Made by a program: the position numbers and the translations under genes
Part shown: piece by piece, positions 41,327 to 52,900 of the stretch
How the letters are laid out: each line of letters starts with the position of its first letter
Numbering within the stretch: position 1 is the first letter of the stretch
Origin: Arcobacteraceae bacterium
GTDB lineage: Bacteria; Campylobacterota; Campylobacteria; Campylobacterales; Arcobacteraceae
Assembly: GCA_965224485.1 (NCBI GenBank)
Contig: CBDCZH010000018.1
Coordinates: forward strand, 32,001-96,000
Direction: 5' to 3'
Length of the DNA: 64,000 bases
Notes under the pieces: generated by a model
Seen by the model: only the letters and a program-made list of their open reading frames with translations
What the model was told of the DNA's origin: nothing
The model's database searches: none

Positions 41327-42673
41327 ATGAAGATAATAAAAATTTTTGGTCTCATGGCATTTTTTGCCATGGGACTTTTTGCATTAGATAATAATACTTA
41401 TTATACAAAAGCAAATAGTAAAAAATCCTTTTCAAAATCATATAATAATTTAAATAACGAAGAAATAGATATTTTTATGTTGGGAAGAAGTTTTTTCAGA
41501 ATTCCTTGGGTTGAAGCACCAAGTGCAACAACAGCAAGAGATGGTTTAGGACCTTTATTTGGAGCTAATACCTGTCTTAGCTGTCATCCTAATAATTCTC
41601 AAGGTTCTGTTTATAATAAAAATAATAATATTTCAAGATCTATGGTCGTAAGACTATCTATTCCTTCAAATAATTCAAAAGAACATAAGTTACTTTTAAA
41701 AAAATCAGGTTTTATTCCTGAGCCAGTTTATGGGGCACAAGTCTCTTTAAACGGAACAAAAAATGTACCTTTTGAAGCAAAACTTAAAGTTTTATATACA
41801 AATAAATATGTAACATATAAAGATGGACAAACTGTAATTTTAAGTAAACCAAACTACTCTTTTAAAGATTTGAATTATGGAGCTTTACATAAAGATACTA
41901 TTATAACTGTAAGAAAAGCTCCTGCTTTAGTAGGGCTTGGTTTATTAGAAGACTTAAGTGATGAAGAGATTTTAAAAAATGTTGATGAGTTTGATAAAAA
42001 CAATGACGGAATTTCTGGCAAAGCTAATATGGTTTATTCACTTGCTGTAAAAAGTGAGTTATTAGGTAGATATACATATAAGGCAAGTGCACCAACAGTT
42101 AAACAACAAAGTGCTGCTGCTTTTCATAATGATATGGGTCTAACAACAACATATTTTCCAAATGATAACTGTACAAAATATCAAACAAAATGTTTAAATT
42201 CCCCAAAAGCAAGAGATGCTATTGATGTAACAGATTTTAGACTTTATTCGATTGATTTTTATTTAAGACATTTAAAAGTGCCAAAATCTAAAATAAAAGA
42301 AAAAGAAGGTGAAGCTTTATTTGCAAAACTATCCTGTACCTCTTGTCATATTAGTTCTTTTACAACAAAGAAAAATATGATTATCAAACCTTATAGTGAT
42401 TTTTTATTACATGATATGGGTGAGGGTTTAAGTGATGGACGAAGTGAATTTAGGGCAACAAAGAATGAGTGGAGAACAACACCTTTATGGGGTATAAACT
42501 CTTATAGAAAAACACTGGGTAAAAAACCAGATTATTTACATGATGGTCGAGCTAAAAGTATAGAAGAAGCTATATTATGGCATGGTGGAGAAGCTTTAAA
42601 CTCAAGAAACTCTTTTATCTTAATGGATCAAATCAAAAGAGATAAAATAATTAAATTTATAGGAACACTTTAA
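41327..42673 (+). CDS. Di-heme oxidoreductase (DHOR) family protein
   Basis: DGLGPLF, CLSCH, CTSCH, LHDMG, WRTTPLWG, LHDGRA. Confidence 0.92.
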   Translation: MKIIKIFGLMAFFAMGLFALDNNTYYTKANSKKSFSKSYNNLNNEEIDIFMLGRSFFRIPWVEAPSATTARDGLGPLFGANTCLSCHPNNSQGSVYNKNNNISRSMVVRLSIPSNNSKEHKLLLKKSGFIPEPVYGAQVSLNGTKNVPFEAKLKVLYTNKYVTYKDGQTVILSKPNYSFKDLNYGALHKDTIITVRKAPALVGLGLLEDLSDEEILKNVDEFDKNNDGISGKANMVYSLAVKSELLGRYTYKASAPTVKQQSAAAFHNDMGLTTTYFPNDNCTKYQTKCLNSPKARDAIDVTDFRLYSIDFYLRHLKVPKSKIKEKEGEALFAKLSCTSCHISSFTTKKNMIIKPYSDFLLHDMGEGLSDGRSEFRATKNEWRTTPLWGINSYRKTLGKKPDYLHDGRAKSIEEAILWHGGEALNSRNSFILMDQIKRDKIIKFIGTL

Positions 42674-43631
42674 TGAAAAAAATTATTCTACTACTTACTT
42701 TATTTTCTTTCTCACTGTTTGCAAAACAAGAAGTGATGAAATCAATTTTAGACAATGTTTTATTAGCTAATTCACAAAATGCGATGAATGTAGCTTTAGA
42801 ATTTTCTGCGAATATAAAAGATAAAAAAGATTTAACAATATTAAAAAAAGATTTTACAAAACTTGTTAGTGCTTGGAAAAAAGTAGAAACTTTTTATTTA
42901 GCTGCTGAATTAAATGAAGATACTATTGATACTCCAAGATATATTGATATTTTCCATAATATAAAAGAAAACTTACATGAGCAAATTCAAAGAGTAATTG
43001 ATTCAAAAGATGATGTAGAAGTTGAAATGTATAAAAACTCTTTTAAAACTATAAATGCTTTAGAATATGCATTATATACAAAAGGTTTTGATGATAGAAG
43101 ATATGAAATCATAAATGTAATCATGAATAATATGTTAAATAGACTTGATGAAATAAATGACGTTTATTTAAATGATACGTCTAAGTTCTTAAATGATACT
43201 AAATGGGCAAATGCGGCTATTATTAATATGTTAATTGATAGTTCTTTTAAATTAAGAGATTGGCGTATTGGAGATATGGCTGGTTTATCTTTAAAGTACA
43301 AGAACAAGCCTAATAACAAAAGAGCTGAATATTACTTAAGTTTAAATTCTAAAATAGCCCTAAGAGCTATTTTAGAAGTACATGATTCAATAATCAACTC
43401 TAGTTATGGTGATTTTTTAATTTCCAAAGGAGCTAAAGCTCAAATTACATTAATAAGAAAACTTATTGCTAAGTCCTTAGAAAACTTAAAATATTTACAA
43501 AATGATGATTATTTAGCTAAAGATGTAAAAAAACTATATGTACAAGTTGATAAACTTCATAAAACATATTATGTAGCTTTAATAAACTCTTTAGAATTAC
43601 TGCAAAAATATTAGATGCTGATGGTGACTAA
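42673..43631 (+). CDS. Second imelysin-like protein (frameshift near the 3' end)
   Basis: Signal peptide, ALEY motif; restoring one base near 43594 gives ...ITAKILDADGD* ending at 43631, the typical imelysin DGD tail. Confidence 0.8.
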
Positions 43632-44530
43632 TGAGTGAATACCTTGTTTTAGAATATTTCTTTGATGCCAATAAAAGAGTTTTTTATTTATATTTATTAA
43701 GCTCATTTTTTATTGCCTTAGTTTATTTATATTTTAATGCAAAAGATAGAAGAATAAATCTAAGTGCAAAACTATGGTTACATCCTAGTTCCATCTTAGA
43801 TTATTCATATTTTTTTCTTTCATATTTTATAAAAACTTTACTTATCTTTCCTCTTGTTCTTAGTGCTAAAACTGTAGCTGTTTATACGCTGATGTTTTTA
43901 CTTGAGAATTTTAACTTTACTTCTTTATCTTGGTCATTTGAAAGTATAATCATTGTTTTTACTCTTACTTTATTTGTTTTAAGTGATTTTACTAGGTATT
44001 TACTTCATCGGCTTTTACATGCAGTTCCATTTTTATGGGAATTCCATAAGGTTCATCATAGTGCTAAGGTTTTAACTCCTTTTACTTTTTATAGGGTTCA
44101 TCCAATAGAAAATATACTTTTTGGATTTAGATATGTTTTAACAATAGGTATAACAACTGGTGTATTTATTTACTTATTTGCAGGTAAAATTGATCTTTAT
44201 GATGTTATTGGAGTAAATGTATTTGCTTTTATTTTTTCACTATTAGGAAGTAATTTAAGACATTCTCATATTAAATTTAAATATCCAAGATTTTTAGAAA
44301 CATTTTTAATCTCACCTTATATGCACCAAATTCATCATAGTAAAAAACATTTTAATAAAAATTTTGGTGGTTATCTCTCGATTTGGGATTATTTATTTAA
44401 GACTCATTTATACTCAAGTGAAGTTAAAAATATGATTTTTGGATTAAAAAATATTCAAAATAAAGATTATGATTCACTTGTAAAATTATTATTAACACCA
44501 TTTAAAAGATTAATAAATAAAGCTAATTGA
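43631..44530 (+). CDS. Sterol desaturase/fatty acid hydroxylase family protein
   Basis: HRLLH, HKVHH, HSH, HQIHH histidine boxes. Confidence 0.9.
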   Translation: MSEYLVLEYFFDANKRVFYLYLLSSFFIALVYLYFNAKDRRINLSAKLWLHPSSILDYSYFFLSYFIKTLLIFPLVLSAKTVAVYTLMFLLENFNFTSLSWSFESIIIVFTLTLFVLSDFTRYLLHRLLHAVPFLWEFHKVHHSAKVLTPFTFYRVHPIENILFGFRYVLTIGITTGVFIYLFAGKIDLYDVIGVNVFAFIFSLLGSNLRHSHIKFKYPRFLETFLISPYMHQIHHSKKHFNKNFGGYLSIWDYLFKTHLYSSEVKNMIFGLKNIQNKDYDSLVKLLLTPFKRLINKAN

Positions 44531-44616
44531 TTATTTTAATAATAACTAATATCAATTAAGTTTTGATTAAGAGCTATGCTCGTATTATTTGTATATAAAT
44601 ATAAAAAAGGTAAATT

Positions 44617-45765
44617 ATGAAAGCAAAATATCTACTTTTAGCTAGTTTAGCTATTCTACTATCAGCTTGTAACGGAACACTTAATGAAGCAGAAAAAATC
44701 AAAGTTCAAGAGGAAAAAGCTGTTTTAGGAAAAGTTTTATTTTTTGATAAAAATCTATCAAATAATAGAACACAGTCATGTTCAACATGTCATAATCCAG
44801 AAGCAGGTTTTGTTGATGATAGAGATAACGGTGTACAAAAACAAGCTTCTTTAGGTGATGATGGTCATTCAATTGGAGATAGACAAGCACCTAGTGCTGC
44901 TTATGCAATGTTTAGCCCTGTTTTTCATTATGATAAAAAGAAAAAAGAGTATATTGGTGGACAATTTTGGGATGGTAGAGAACCTACTTTAGCAGGACAA
45001 GCAGGTGGTCCTCCTACAAATCCAGTTGAAATGGGTATGAAATCAAAAGAAGCTATGATAATAAGACTACAAGAAAATCCTTATTATGTACAAAGTTTTA
45101 AAAAACTGTATGGAGAAGATATTTTCCTTGACATTGATGCTTCTTATAAAGCTATGACTAAAGTTATTGAAGCTTTTGAGCAAACAAAAGAGTTTGCTCC
45201 TTTTGATTCTAAATATGATAGATATTTAAAAGGTGAATATGATGTTACTGTATTAGAAGATCTTGGTATGGCACTATTTTTCTCAAACAATAATAACTCT
45301 TGTGCTTCTTGTCACTTATTGAAAAAAGAGGGTCAAAGTGGCGAAACATTTACAAGTTATGAGTTTCATAATATTGGAACACCAATTAACAGTGATTTAA
45401 GAGCAAAAAATGGTGCAAGTGCAATTGATAATGGTTTATTAAATAATCCAATGGTTAGTGATATTAAACATAAGGGAAAATATAAAGTTCCAACACTTAG
45501 AAATGTTGCGGTAACAGGACCTTATATGCACAATGGAGTTTTTAAAGATTTAAGAACTGTTGCTTTATTTTATGATAAGTATAATAATAAAACAAGACTT
45601 ATTAATCCAGAAACAAAAAAACCTTGGGCTGCGCCTGAAGTAAAAGAAACAATCAATTTAGATGATTTAAAATCTAAAAAACAAAGTGATAGAAAAATTG
45701 ATGCAATAGTAGCTTTTATGAAAATGTTAACTGATAAAAGATATGAACACTTATTAGAAAAGTAA
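44617..45765 (+). CDS. Di-heme cytochrome c peroxidase/MauG-family lipoprotein
   Basis: Lipobox LSAC, CSTCH, GQFWDGR, CASCH, PTLRNV, PYMHNG. Confidence 0.92.
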   Translation: MKAKYLLLASLAILLSACNGTLNEAEKIKVQEEKAVLGKVLFFDKNLSNNRTQSCSTCHNPEAGFVDDRDNGVQKQASLGDDGHSIGDRQAPSAAYAMFSPVFHYDKKKKEYIGGQFWDGREPTLAGQAGGPPTNPVEMGMKSKEAMIIRLQENPYYVQSFKKLYGEDIFLDIDASYKAMTKVIEAFEQTKEFAPFDSKYDRYLKGEYDVTVLEDLGMALFFSNNNNSCASCHLLKKEGQSGETFTSYEFHNIGTPINSDLRAKNGASAIDNGLLNNPMVSDIKHKGKYKVPTLRNVAVTGPYMHNGVFKDLRTVALFYDKYNNKTRLINPETKKPWAAPEVKETINLDDLKSKKQSDRKIDAIVAFMKMLTDKRYEHLLEK

Positions 45766-45767
45766 TA

Positions 45768-45796
45768 ATTAACAGCTGAATTCTTCTGCTGTTAAT
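45768..45796 (+). terminator. Hairpin after the peroxidase gene
   Basis: ATTAACAGC...GCTGTTAAT. Confidence 0.45.
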
Positions 45797-45860
45797 AATA
45801 AGTAAAGTATTATTTTTATAGTATTTTGATATTAAGAGTCAATCGCAAAAAAGGAATTAT

Positions 45861-46430
45861 ATGAAAGTTTTAAAAAAAGTAGTTTTATTACTTGTTTTTT
45901 GTTTATTTACATTCTCTTCTTTAGAGGCTTATTCATATGCTTCAGCAGGAAAAGAACCAACATTAGATGCACAAGATGCAATTTTAAATGCCATAAATGA
46001 AAGTGATTTTAAAAAAGCTAATGATACTTTTGTTTTATATAAGAAAAACTATCAATATTTAAATGATGATTTTAATAATAAACTTTATTCATCTTTGCAA
46101 AATGCAATAAAAGCAAAAGATAAAAAACTTATAGTTAAGTGGTTAAGAGTTTCACTTGCTCTTGAAGTTCAAAGACGACTTGAGGGTGGTTTAGAAAATA
46201 TAAGTACTTTTAATGTTTCAAAAGTAATGCTTGCAAAAGCTAATAAATTTTATAAAATCTTATCAGGTAGTTTAGAATTCAAAACTAATAAAAAGCTAAA
46301 AAAAGCTATAAAAAACTGTATTGGTGCTATTGGTAATCCTGGACTTTTTGGTGTTGGGGCTAAAAAAGCTAATATAAAAGAATACAAAAAAAATCAAAAT
46401 ATTGCAGTTGAAATTCTAAAATCTTTATAA
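45861..46430 (+). CDS. Secreted helical hypothetical protein
   Basis: Signal peptide LEA/YSYASAGKEP; GNPGLFGVG. Confidence 0.8.
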   Translation: MKVLKKVVLLLVFCLFTFSSLEAYSYASAGKEPTLDAQDAILNAINESDFKKANDTFVLYKKNYQYLNDDFNNKLYSSLQNAIKAKDKKLIVKWLRVSLALEVQRRLEGGLENISTFNVSKVMLAKANKFYKILSGSLEFKTNKKLKKAIKNCIGAIGNPGLFGVGAKKANIKEYKKNQNIAVEILKSL

Positions 46431-47663
46431 ATGAAATTTCATAAAATTATTATAGGTATAAGCACTCTAGCTTATGCCTATTTTATTTTATCTTACCCTA
46501 TATCTTATTATAATGATGATTCTTTATTTCTCTCTCGTGGAATTGAACATTTTTCTGTTATAGATTTCTCCCCACACTTTCCAGGTTATGTTTCTTTAAT
46601 ACTCCTAGCAAAGTTTATAAATTTTTTTCTTTTAGATGTTAAGTTATCACTTTTTGCTCTTAGCTCTTTTTGTGCTATTTTCACTCCTTTTATAATCTAT
46701 TTGTATGTTAAAAAAATCAAAAACAAAGATGTAGCTCTTATAGCTTTTTTTCTAAGCCTAAGCTCCCCTTATCTAAATAATTTTGCTCTCTCACTACTTT
46801 CTGATTCTGTTGGTTTTTTCTTCTTATTTTTAGCTCTATATTTATTAGAAGATAAAAAATATAAAATGAGTGGAATAATTTTAAGCCTTGCTTTTTTTGC
46901 AAGACCTTCTTATTTTGTATTTTATGCCTTTGGTTTACTGTATTTAGTTTTTTTTAGAAAAGAAGCTTTGAAAAGTATTCTCATCTATTTTTTCCTAAGT
47001 TTTATTCTATTTTTTTTATATATTTATATAACAAATGGCAATTTATATTTTATAGAAGCAAAAAGGTTTATCTTAGGTCATTTTAATATTTGGGGTGTAG
47101 GACAGAACTCTTCTTATACTTGGTTCTCAAATGTTTTCACGTTGATAAATCTTCCTTTTTTACTTCTTTTTATTTTTAAATATGATAAAAAATTTATCTT
47201 AATGTATATATTTTTTATATCTTATTTTTTATGGATTATTTTTTATCAAAATCCTGAAAATTTACGTCATTTAATTCCCTTAGTTTTTATAAGTACAATA
47301 TTAATCTCAAAGGTTTTAGAAAATTTCAAAAGTATAGTTTTCTTTATTTTGATTTTAAATATTTCTTTTATGTTTAGTTTTACTCAAAAATATTCACCTA
47401 TTATGCAAATTTCTAAACTTATTAATAAAGAAAAATTTATTCTTGTTACAAATCACTCTATAGAGCTCTTGCGTGAGTCAAATTTCCTTGTGGTAGATAA
47501 GTTTTATAAGGCAAATGCTTCGTATATTAGTAAAAACGATAATGTTATTATAATAACAACAGCAAAGAAGGAACTTCCTAAGTCAAGAGCCTTTTTTGGG
47601 AGGTTTATAGGTGAAAGAACTACATATCTTTATTCTAAAATCCCTCTAAACGCCACTAAGTAG
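46431..47663 (+). CDS. Multi-pass membrane protein, GT-C (PMT-like) glycosyltransferase-like
   Basis: NDD after the first TM, PHFPGY, LLSD, ARP, RHLIP. Confidence 0.6.
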   Translation: MKFHKIIIGISTLAYAYFILSYPISYYNDDSLFLSRGIEHFSVIDFSPHFPGYVSLILLAKFINFFLLDVKLSLFALSSFCAIFTPFIIYLYVKKIKNKDVALIAFFLSLSSPYLNNFALSLLSDSVGFFFLFLALYLLEDKKYKMSGIILSLAFFARPSYFVFYAFGLLYLVFFRKEALKSILIYFFLSFILFFLYIYITNGNLYFIEAKRFILGHFNIWGVGQNSSYTWFSNVFTLINLPFLLLFIFKYDKKFILMYIFFISYFLWIIFYQNPENLRHLIPLVFISTILISKVLENFKSIVFFILILNISFMFSFTQKYSPIMQISKLINKEKFILVTNHSIELLRESNFLVVDKFYKANASYISKNDNVIIITTAKKELPKSRAFFGRFIGERTTYLYSKIPLNATK

Positions 47664-47687
47664 TCACTGGATAAAGTTTTTCCTTTA

Positions 47688-47702
47688 TGATAATAATTCT
47701 TA
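47688..47702. promoter_or_regulatory. Fur-like box
   Basis: TGATAAT-A-ATTCTTA. Confidence 0.6.
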
Positions 47703-47769
47703 TTTTAAGTATTAATTAAGATTTATTAGCTTAAAATTCAACCAAGACAATCTTATACTAAGGAATTAA

Positions 47770-49794
47770 ATGAAAAAATTAATTAAGTTATCAGTTGTTG
47801 CGTCATTAATTGCAACATCTGTTTATGCAAGTGATTATAAGAGTACAAAAACTTCTGTAATTGACAAAAGATTCGATACAGCAGGTTCAATGTTTGCTTA
47901 TACTGAATTTGAATTATCTGGTGAACCAATGTCAGAAGGTCTTGGACTTGATTTAGATACTTTAGATCCAAATGCAAGAAACCAACCAACTGAATTTGAT
48001 TATACAGCTGGAATTGAATCATATGAGTATTCAGAAGAAGCTATGTATGCATTAAATTACCAATCTAAAATGGGACCTCATTTAGTAAATGGTTTATTAA
48101 ATGCTAAACGTGGTGGAGATATGAAATCTTTAGCAAAAAGATTTATCAAATTTGCTAAAGCTACTGGAAATGATGCTTCTGTTTTACCATTAAATATGCA
48201 TCCAACTGCACTTCCATATATTTCAGGACTTCCAGAATTTGCACAAAAAGTTGATATGACTGTTGTAAATAATGATGAAGTTGTTGTATTTAAACATGGT
48301 AAAGAAAAAACTATTAAAACAGCAGTTCCTGCTTATTTAAGAGATTATAAAACTTTATCTTGGGTTGAAAAAGGTATGGATAAAACATTTAATCCAGCTG
48401 CATTTGGAGCTGCTTTATTAAAAGATACTATGTGGGCACAAGATTTCTTAGGTGGAATGCATATTATTGCTAATGATGAAGAAGTAGAAGCAACAAGTTC
48501 AACTATGGATCAAGATGGTAAACATGCTCTTGGTGTTTCATCAGCTGATGGTGTAAATGGGGCTATTTTAACTGAACTTTCTTGGGAAAGAATTCTTTTC
48601 ATGCAAGAGAAATTAGGATCTAATGGTAAAAAATTAGGTTTAAGTTTTACTCCTTCATATGATGCAAGTAAACCAGTATGGTTTGCACATAAAGTATCTG
48701 TTAAAGAAGGTAAAAAGAATGGTACTAAAAGTATTGCTTCTTTAAAAATCAAAGAAGGACATTCTTCTCTTAGAGATACTTGGCAAGTATTATGGCCAAT
48801 TGCTGAATTCTATGCTTATTCTGATCAAAGAGTTAACAATGCTAATCAAAATCCAGCATTTTTAAGTGTATTTGATGGTGACCCTTTCAAAAAAGCACCT
48901 AAAGCAAATGTGGATGCTAAAAGAGGAAATGATATCAAAGCTGATGATGCTTTCTCTGTTGCTGCAAATATTGCTAACTTAATGTTTGAAAATATTTCAA
49001 CTATCCATTACAATAAAAAAATGGGAACATTTGTTGATACATTTGATGGCAAAAAAGGTAACATAGTTACAACTTTTGATGCTGCTTATTCTATTGAAGC
49101 TTTAAGAATTTTCCAAAGAGCTATTGATGCTTTACCAGTTGGTTATGGATCTGCTGATGGTGCTAAATCATTAGAAACAGCTCAGGGTAAAGAAGCTTTA
49201 ATGTTAATCAAAAAACAAGCTGATTTCTTAATTAAAAATCTTAAAAACAAAAATGGTTTATATTCAAGTGCTTATAACTTAAAATCTTCTGCTAAAACTG
49301 GTCTTACTGTTGGAACACAATTCGCAGTAGTTCGTGGATTAACAGCTGCTTATTTAGCAACTAAAACTGAAATGTACAGAAGCGAAGCTCGAGCTTTAAT
49401 GATTTCAATTGAAAAAAATATGTTTGATAAAAACATAGGAACTTATGTTGATTCAACAAAAGAATATACTCCTTACTCAATTGGTGCAGTTAGTGGTGGT
49501 TTAAGAGATGCTATTAATCATTTAAAAAATGTAGGTAGCGAAAAAGCTCCATCATTAGAATTAAAAAATCTTACTGATAGATTTACAAGATGGTTCCAAT
49601 TAGTTATTAATGGAAACTCAACAACTGAGGGTGCTCAATTAGCTGAATGGTTACTTGATACTGGTGAGTTTGTTGATGCAAGTGATATGAAAAATGCAAA
49701 TAGTGATGGTGATAATGTTGTATCTGTTACAGCAGCTGGTGGTAAATATGGTACTGCTATGACTATGGCTTCTAAAGTTAAACTTTCAAAATAA
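47770..49794 (+). CDS. Large secreted protein of unknown function
   Basis: Signal peptide VYA/S; acidic motifs YTEFELSGEP and GIESYEYSEEAMY; strong RBS. Confidence 0.85.
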   Translation: MKKLIKLSVVASLIATSVYASDYKSTKTSVIDKRFDTAGSMFAYTEFELSGEPMSEGLGLDLDTLDPNARNQPTEFDYTAGIESYEYSEEAMYALNYQSKMGPHLVNGLLNAKRGGDMKSLAKRFIKFAKATGNDASVLPLNMHPTALPYISGLPEFAQKVDMTVVNNDEVVVFKHGKEKTIKTAVPAYLRDYKTLSWVEKGMDKTFNPAAFGAALLKDTMWAQDFLGGMHIIANDEEVEATSSTMDQDGKHALGVSSADGVNGAILTELSWERILFMQEKLGSNGKKLGLSFTPSYDASKPVWFAHKVSVKEGKKNGTKSIASLKIKEGHSSLRDTWQVLWPIAEFYAYSDQRVNNANQNPAFLSVFDGDPFKKAPKANVDAKRGNDIKADDAFSVAANIANLMFENISTIHYNKKMGTFVDTFDGKKGNIVTTFDAAYSIEALRIFQRAIDALPVGYGSADGAKSLETAQGKEALMLIKKQADFLIKNLKNKNGLYSSAYNLKSSAKTGLTVGTQFAVVRGLTAAYLATKTEMYRSEARALMISIEKNMFDKNIGTYVDSTKEYTPYSIGAVSGGLRDAINHLKNVGSEKAPSLELKNLTDRFTRWFQLVINGNSTTEGAQLAEWLLDTGEFVDASDMKNANSDGDNVVSVTAAGGKYGTAMTMASKVKLSK

Positions 49795-49822
49795 TTTTTT
49801 AAAAAAGTTATTTTGCACAAAA

Positions 49823-49855
49823 CCCTCTAGGCACTACACCTAGGGGGCTTTTTTT
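49823..49855 (+). terminator. Rho-independent terminator
   Basis: CCCTCTAGG/CCTAGGGGG stem followed by a T run. Confidence 0.8.
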
Positions 49856-49963
49856 CTAATTTAATAATAATAACTCCCATTTTCACTATCAATAATCTTT
49901 GCTTTCTTTAAGAATAGCCGGCTATAATTTCATTATAATTTATTTTTAATAAAAGGTTAAGAA

Positions 49964-52900
49964 ATGAAAATAGCATATATAGAACTTTCAATTGTTCTAA
50001 TGTTTTTAACAGGTATCTTACAATGGGATTTAATAGATATTCCTTGGGTTTATTTTACTTTTTTACAAGCTACTCACATTATTGCATCAATTTTAGTTGC
50101 AGTTTTTTTAATTATTCCTTTCGTGAATATGCATACGTATAAATACAGAGTTAATATAATGGCTAGAAAAAGAAATAGTACAAATGGAATGATTTTAGGT
50201 ATTGTTTTATTACTTATAATTGCAAGTGGTGTTTACTTGTTTTTTGTAGGTAACAGAGGTGGAGATGATATAGGGTATTATTCATTTTTAATTCACTTAT
50301 ATGGTTCATTTTTATTACTGTTTTTCTTATGGTATCACTCTATGTTTTCAAATGCAAATATAAGAAGAAAAAAAGCAGCTAGAGAAAAAAGAGCAAAAGA
50401 GAATGCCCTACATGCAAAAATGGCAAATGTTAAAAGTTTTGCTTTTATTCTTTTAAGCATAGCTTTTTTATATCCAAGTTTAGCTTACTCAAGTGTAAGT
50501 TCTTCTGCTTTATATTTAAGCAAAGATTCAAAATATTTATACTCTGCTAACTTAGATGCTGGATCAGTTACAAAAATTGATGCTTTGAGTGGAAAAGTAA
50601 TTTTTGAGAAAGTTTTAGGAGAAGATATTAGAAGAATAGCTTTTAATAGTGATGAATCTGTTTATGCTGTAACTGATTATATGAAAGATAAAGTAATTTT
50701 TTTAAATAAAAACAATGAAATTATAAAAGAAATTAAAACTAAAAATAGACCTCATGCTATTATTTATGATGCTAAAAACTCTTACTTCTTTGTAACTATT
50801 TTTGAAGATAATGAACTTTTAGTAATTGATGATAAAAATTTTGAAATTATTAAAACTATTAAAACATTCAAAACTCCAAGAGGTTTGGCTTTAACTGATG
50901 ATGGAAGATTATTAGTAAGTCACTCTATGATTGGAATGGTATCTATTTATGATAGTAGATCTTTTGCAAGATTAAAAACTATTACTTTACATTCAACACA
51001 GAATAAAAATGAGTTTGTATCTCAAGGGAAACCTAGACTTTTAGATGATATTGAGATAAAACCAGATGGAAAAGAAGCATGGTTACCTCATGTTTTATGG
51101 AACTTTGACCATGCTTTTCAATTTCAATCAACAGTTTTTCCAAGTATCTCGATTATTTCTTTAGAAAAGGGACATGAAAAAGAGTTAAATGAAAAAAGAA
51201 AACATCTTTTTAAAGCAATTAATATTTTAAATAATGCAAACTCAACTATGATTGTATCAAATCCTTGGGATTTAGCTTTTTCATCTGATGGTGCAAAAGC
51301 TTTTGTTACCCTTGCTGGTAGTGAAGATGTTATGGTTTTAAATATTGGACGAAGCATGGGAAGTGCTAAGAAAAAAAGACATAGAAAAAGAGGAAAAAGA
51401 GCAGGAAAAGGTGCAAAAGTAACACAAATACTTAGAGCATATCCTAATAATACAAATCCACAAGCAATAATAACAAGTCCAAAGAGCAATGATATTTATG
51501 TACAAAATGCATCAAGACTTGATCTTACTTTATTAGATAGTGGTGGTAGCCATCCTTTTGCAAGACTTACAGTTAAAATAGACTCTTTTTCAAAAGTAGT
51601 AAAAAAAGATTTATTGGCTAAAAATATAAGAGAAGGTAAAACTTTATTTAATAATGCAAATACTAATACAAATAAAGAAACACCAATGGCAGGAGATTTT
51701 TGGATGTCGTGTAATTCATGTCATTTTGAAGGTTTTAACTTTACAAATGGTTTCTTATTTACTGATACAAAATTAAATAAATCACTTAAATCAACTATAG
51801 GGCATGATACCTTAAAGGGTTTTATTTCTAAAGATCCTTTAGGTGATTATGTACGAATAGCTAGAGATACTCAAGGTGGTATGGGAGCAGACGAAAAAGC
51901 AGAACTTACAATAGTTGACCCAGCTAAAATGAGTGCTAAGTTAAAAACTAAAATGCAAGCTCTTCATTCATATGTAAAATCAAAAGATAATTTACGTTAT
52001 TTATCTAACTGGATTAAACTAGAAGAAGATGTTGAAGAATACCATGTAGAAGATTGGACAAATTCTGCAAAATGTAAATCTTGTCATAATGAAATTTTTA
52101 ACCAATGGGCTGATTCAAATCATAGAAATCTAGTTGGAACTAACCCTTATTATATTGTTGTAGAAAATGTAGCTGCTCAAGTTGAGGGTGAAGAGTTTAG
52201 ACAGTGGTGTATGGGATGTCATAGTCCAAGTGCAATAACAACAGGTCTTGTTAAAAAAACAACTCATACTATGGATAAATTTTTTGAAAGTGGAGCAAAA
52301 ACACTAATAAATGAATTAAAAGTTCATGGAAATTCAAAACTAGAAGAGGGTGTTTCTTGTGTAGCTTGTCATAGAATTACAAAAGTTGAAGATGCAGGTG
52401 GAAATGCTGCTTATACTTTAGCTGTAAAAAGTAGACCTAAGTATGCTTTTGAAGATAGTGACAATGCAGGTTTACAATTTTTAAGTGAAAAACTAATTAA
52501 TTCAAAACCACAAAAACACATAGACTCATATATGAAACCAATTTATAAAAAAAGTGTTTATTGTGCAACTTGTCATGATGAATTTACACCTGGAAATGGA
52601 AGTAAAATTGTATCAACTTTTAAAGAGTGGGAAAACTCAAAATATAATAATCCAGATGATCCAAGTGAACATAAATCTTGTATAGATTGTCATATGACAT
52701 ATTTAAAAAATGATAAGTTATCTCCTTTAAGAGGTAGATCAACTGATGGTGGAAAAATTAAAGATGATGTAAAAGTTCATTATTTTGCAGGTGCAAATCA
52801 TTTCTTATCTGGACTTAAAAGTAAAGAACATGAAGACCAAACTTTACAACTTTTAAGAACATCAGCAAAATTAGATGTTAATGTAAAAGATGGAAAAGTG

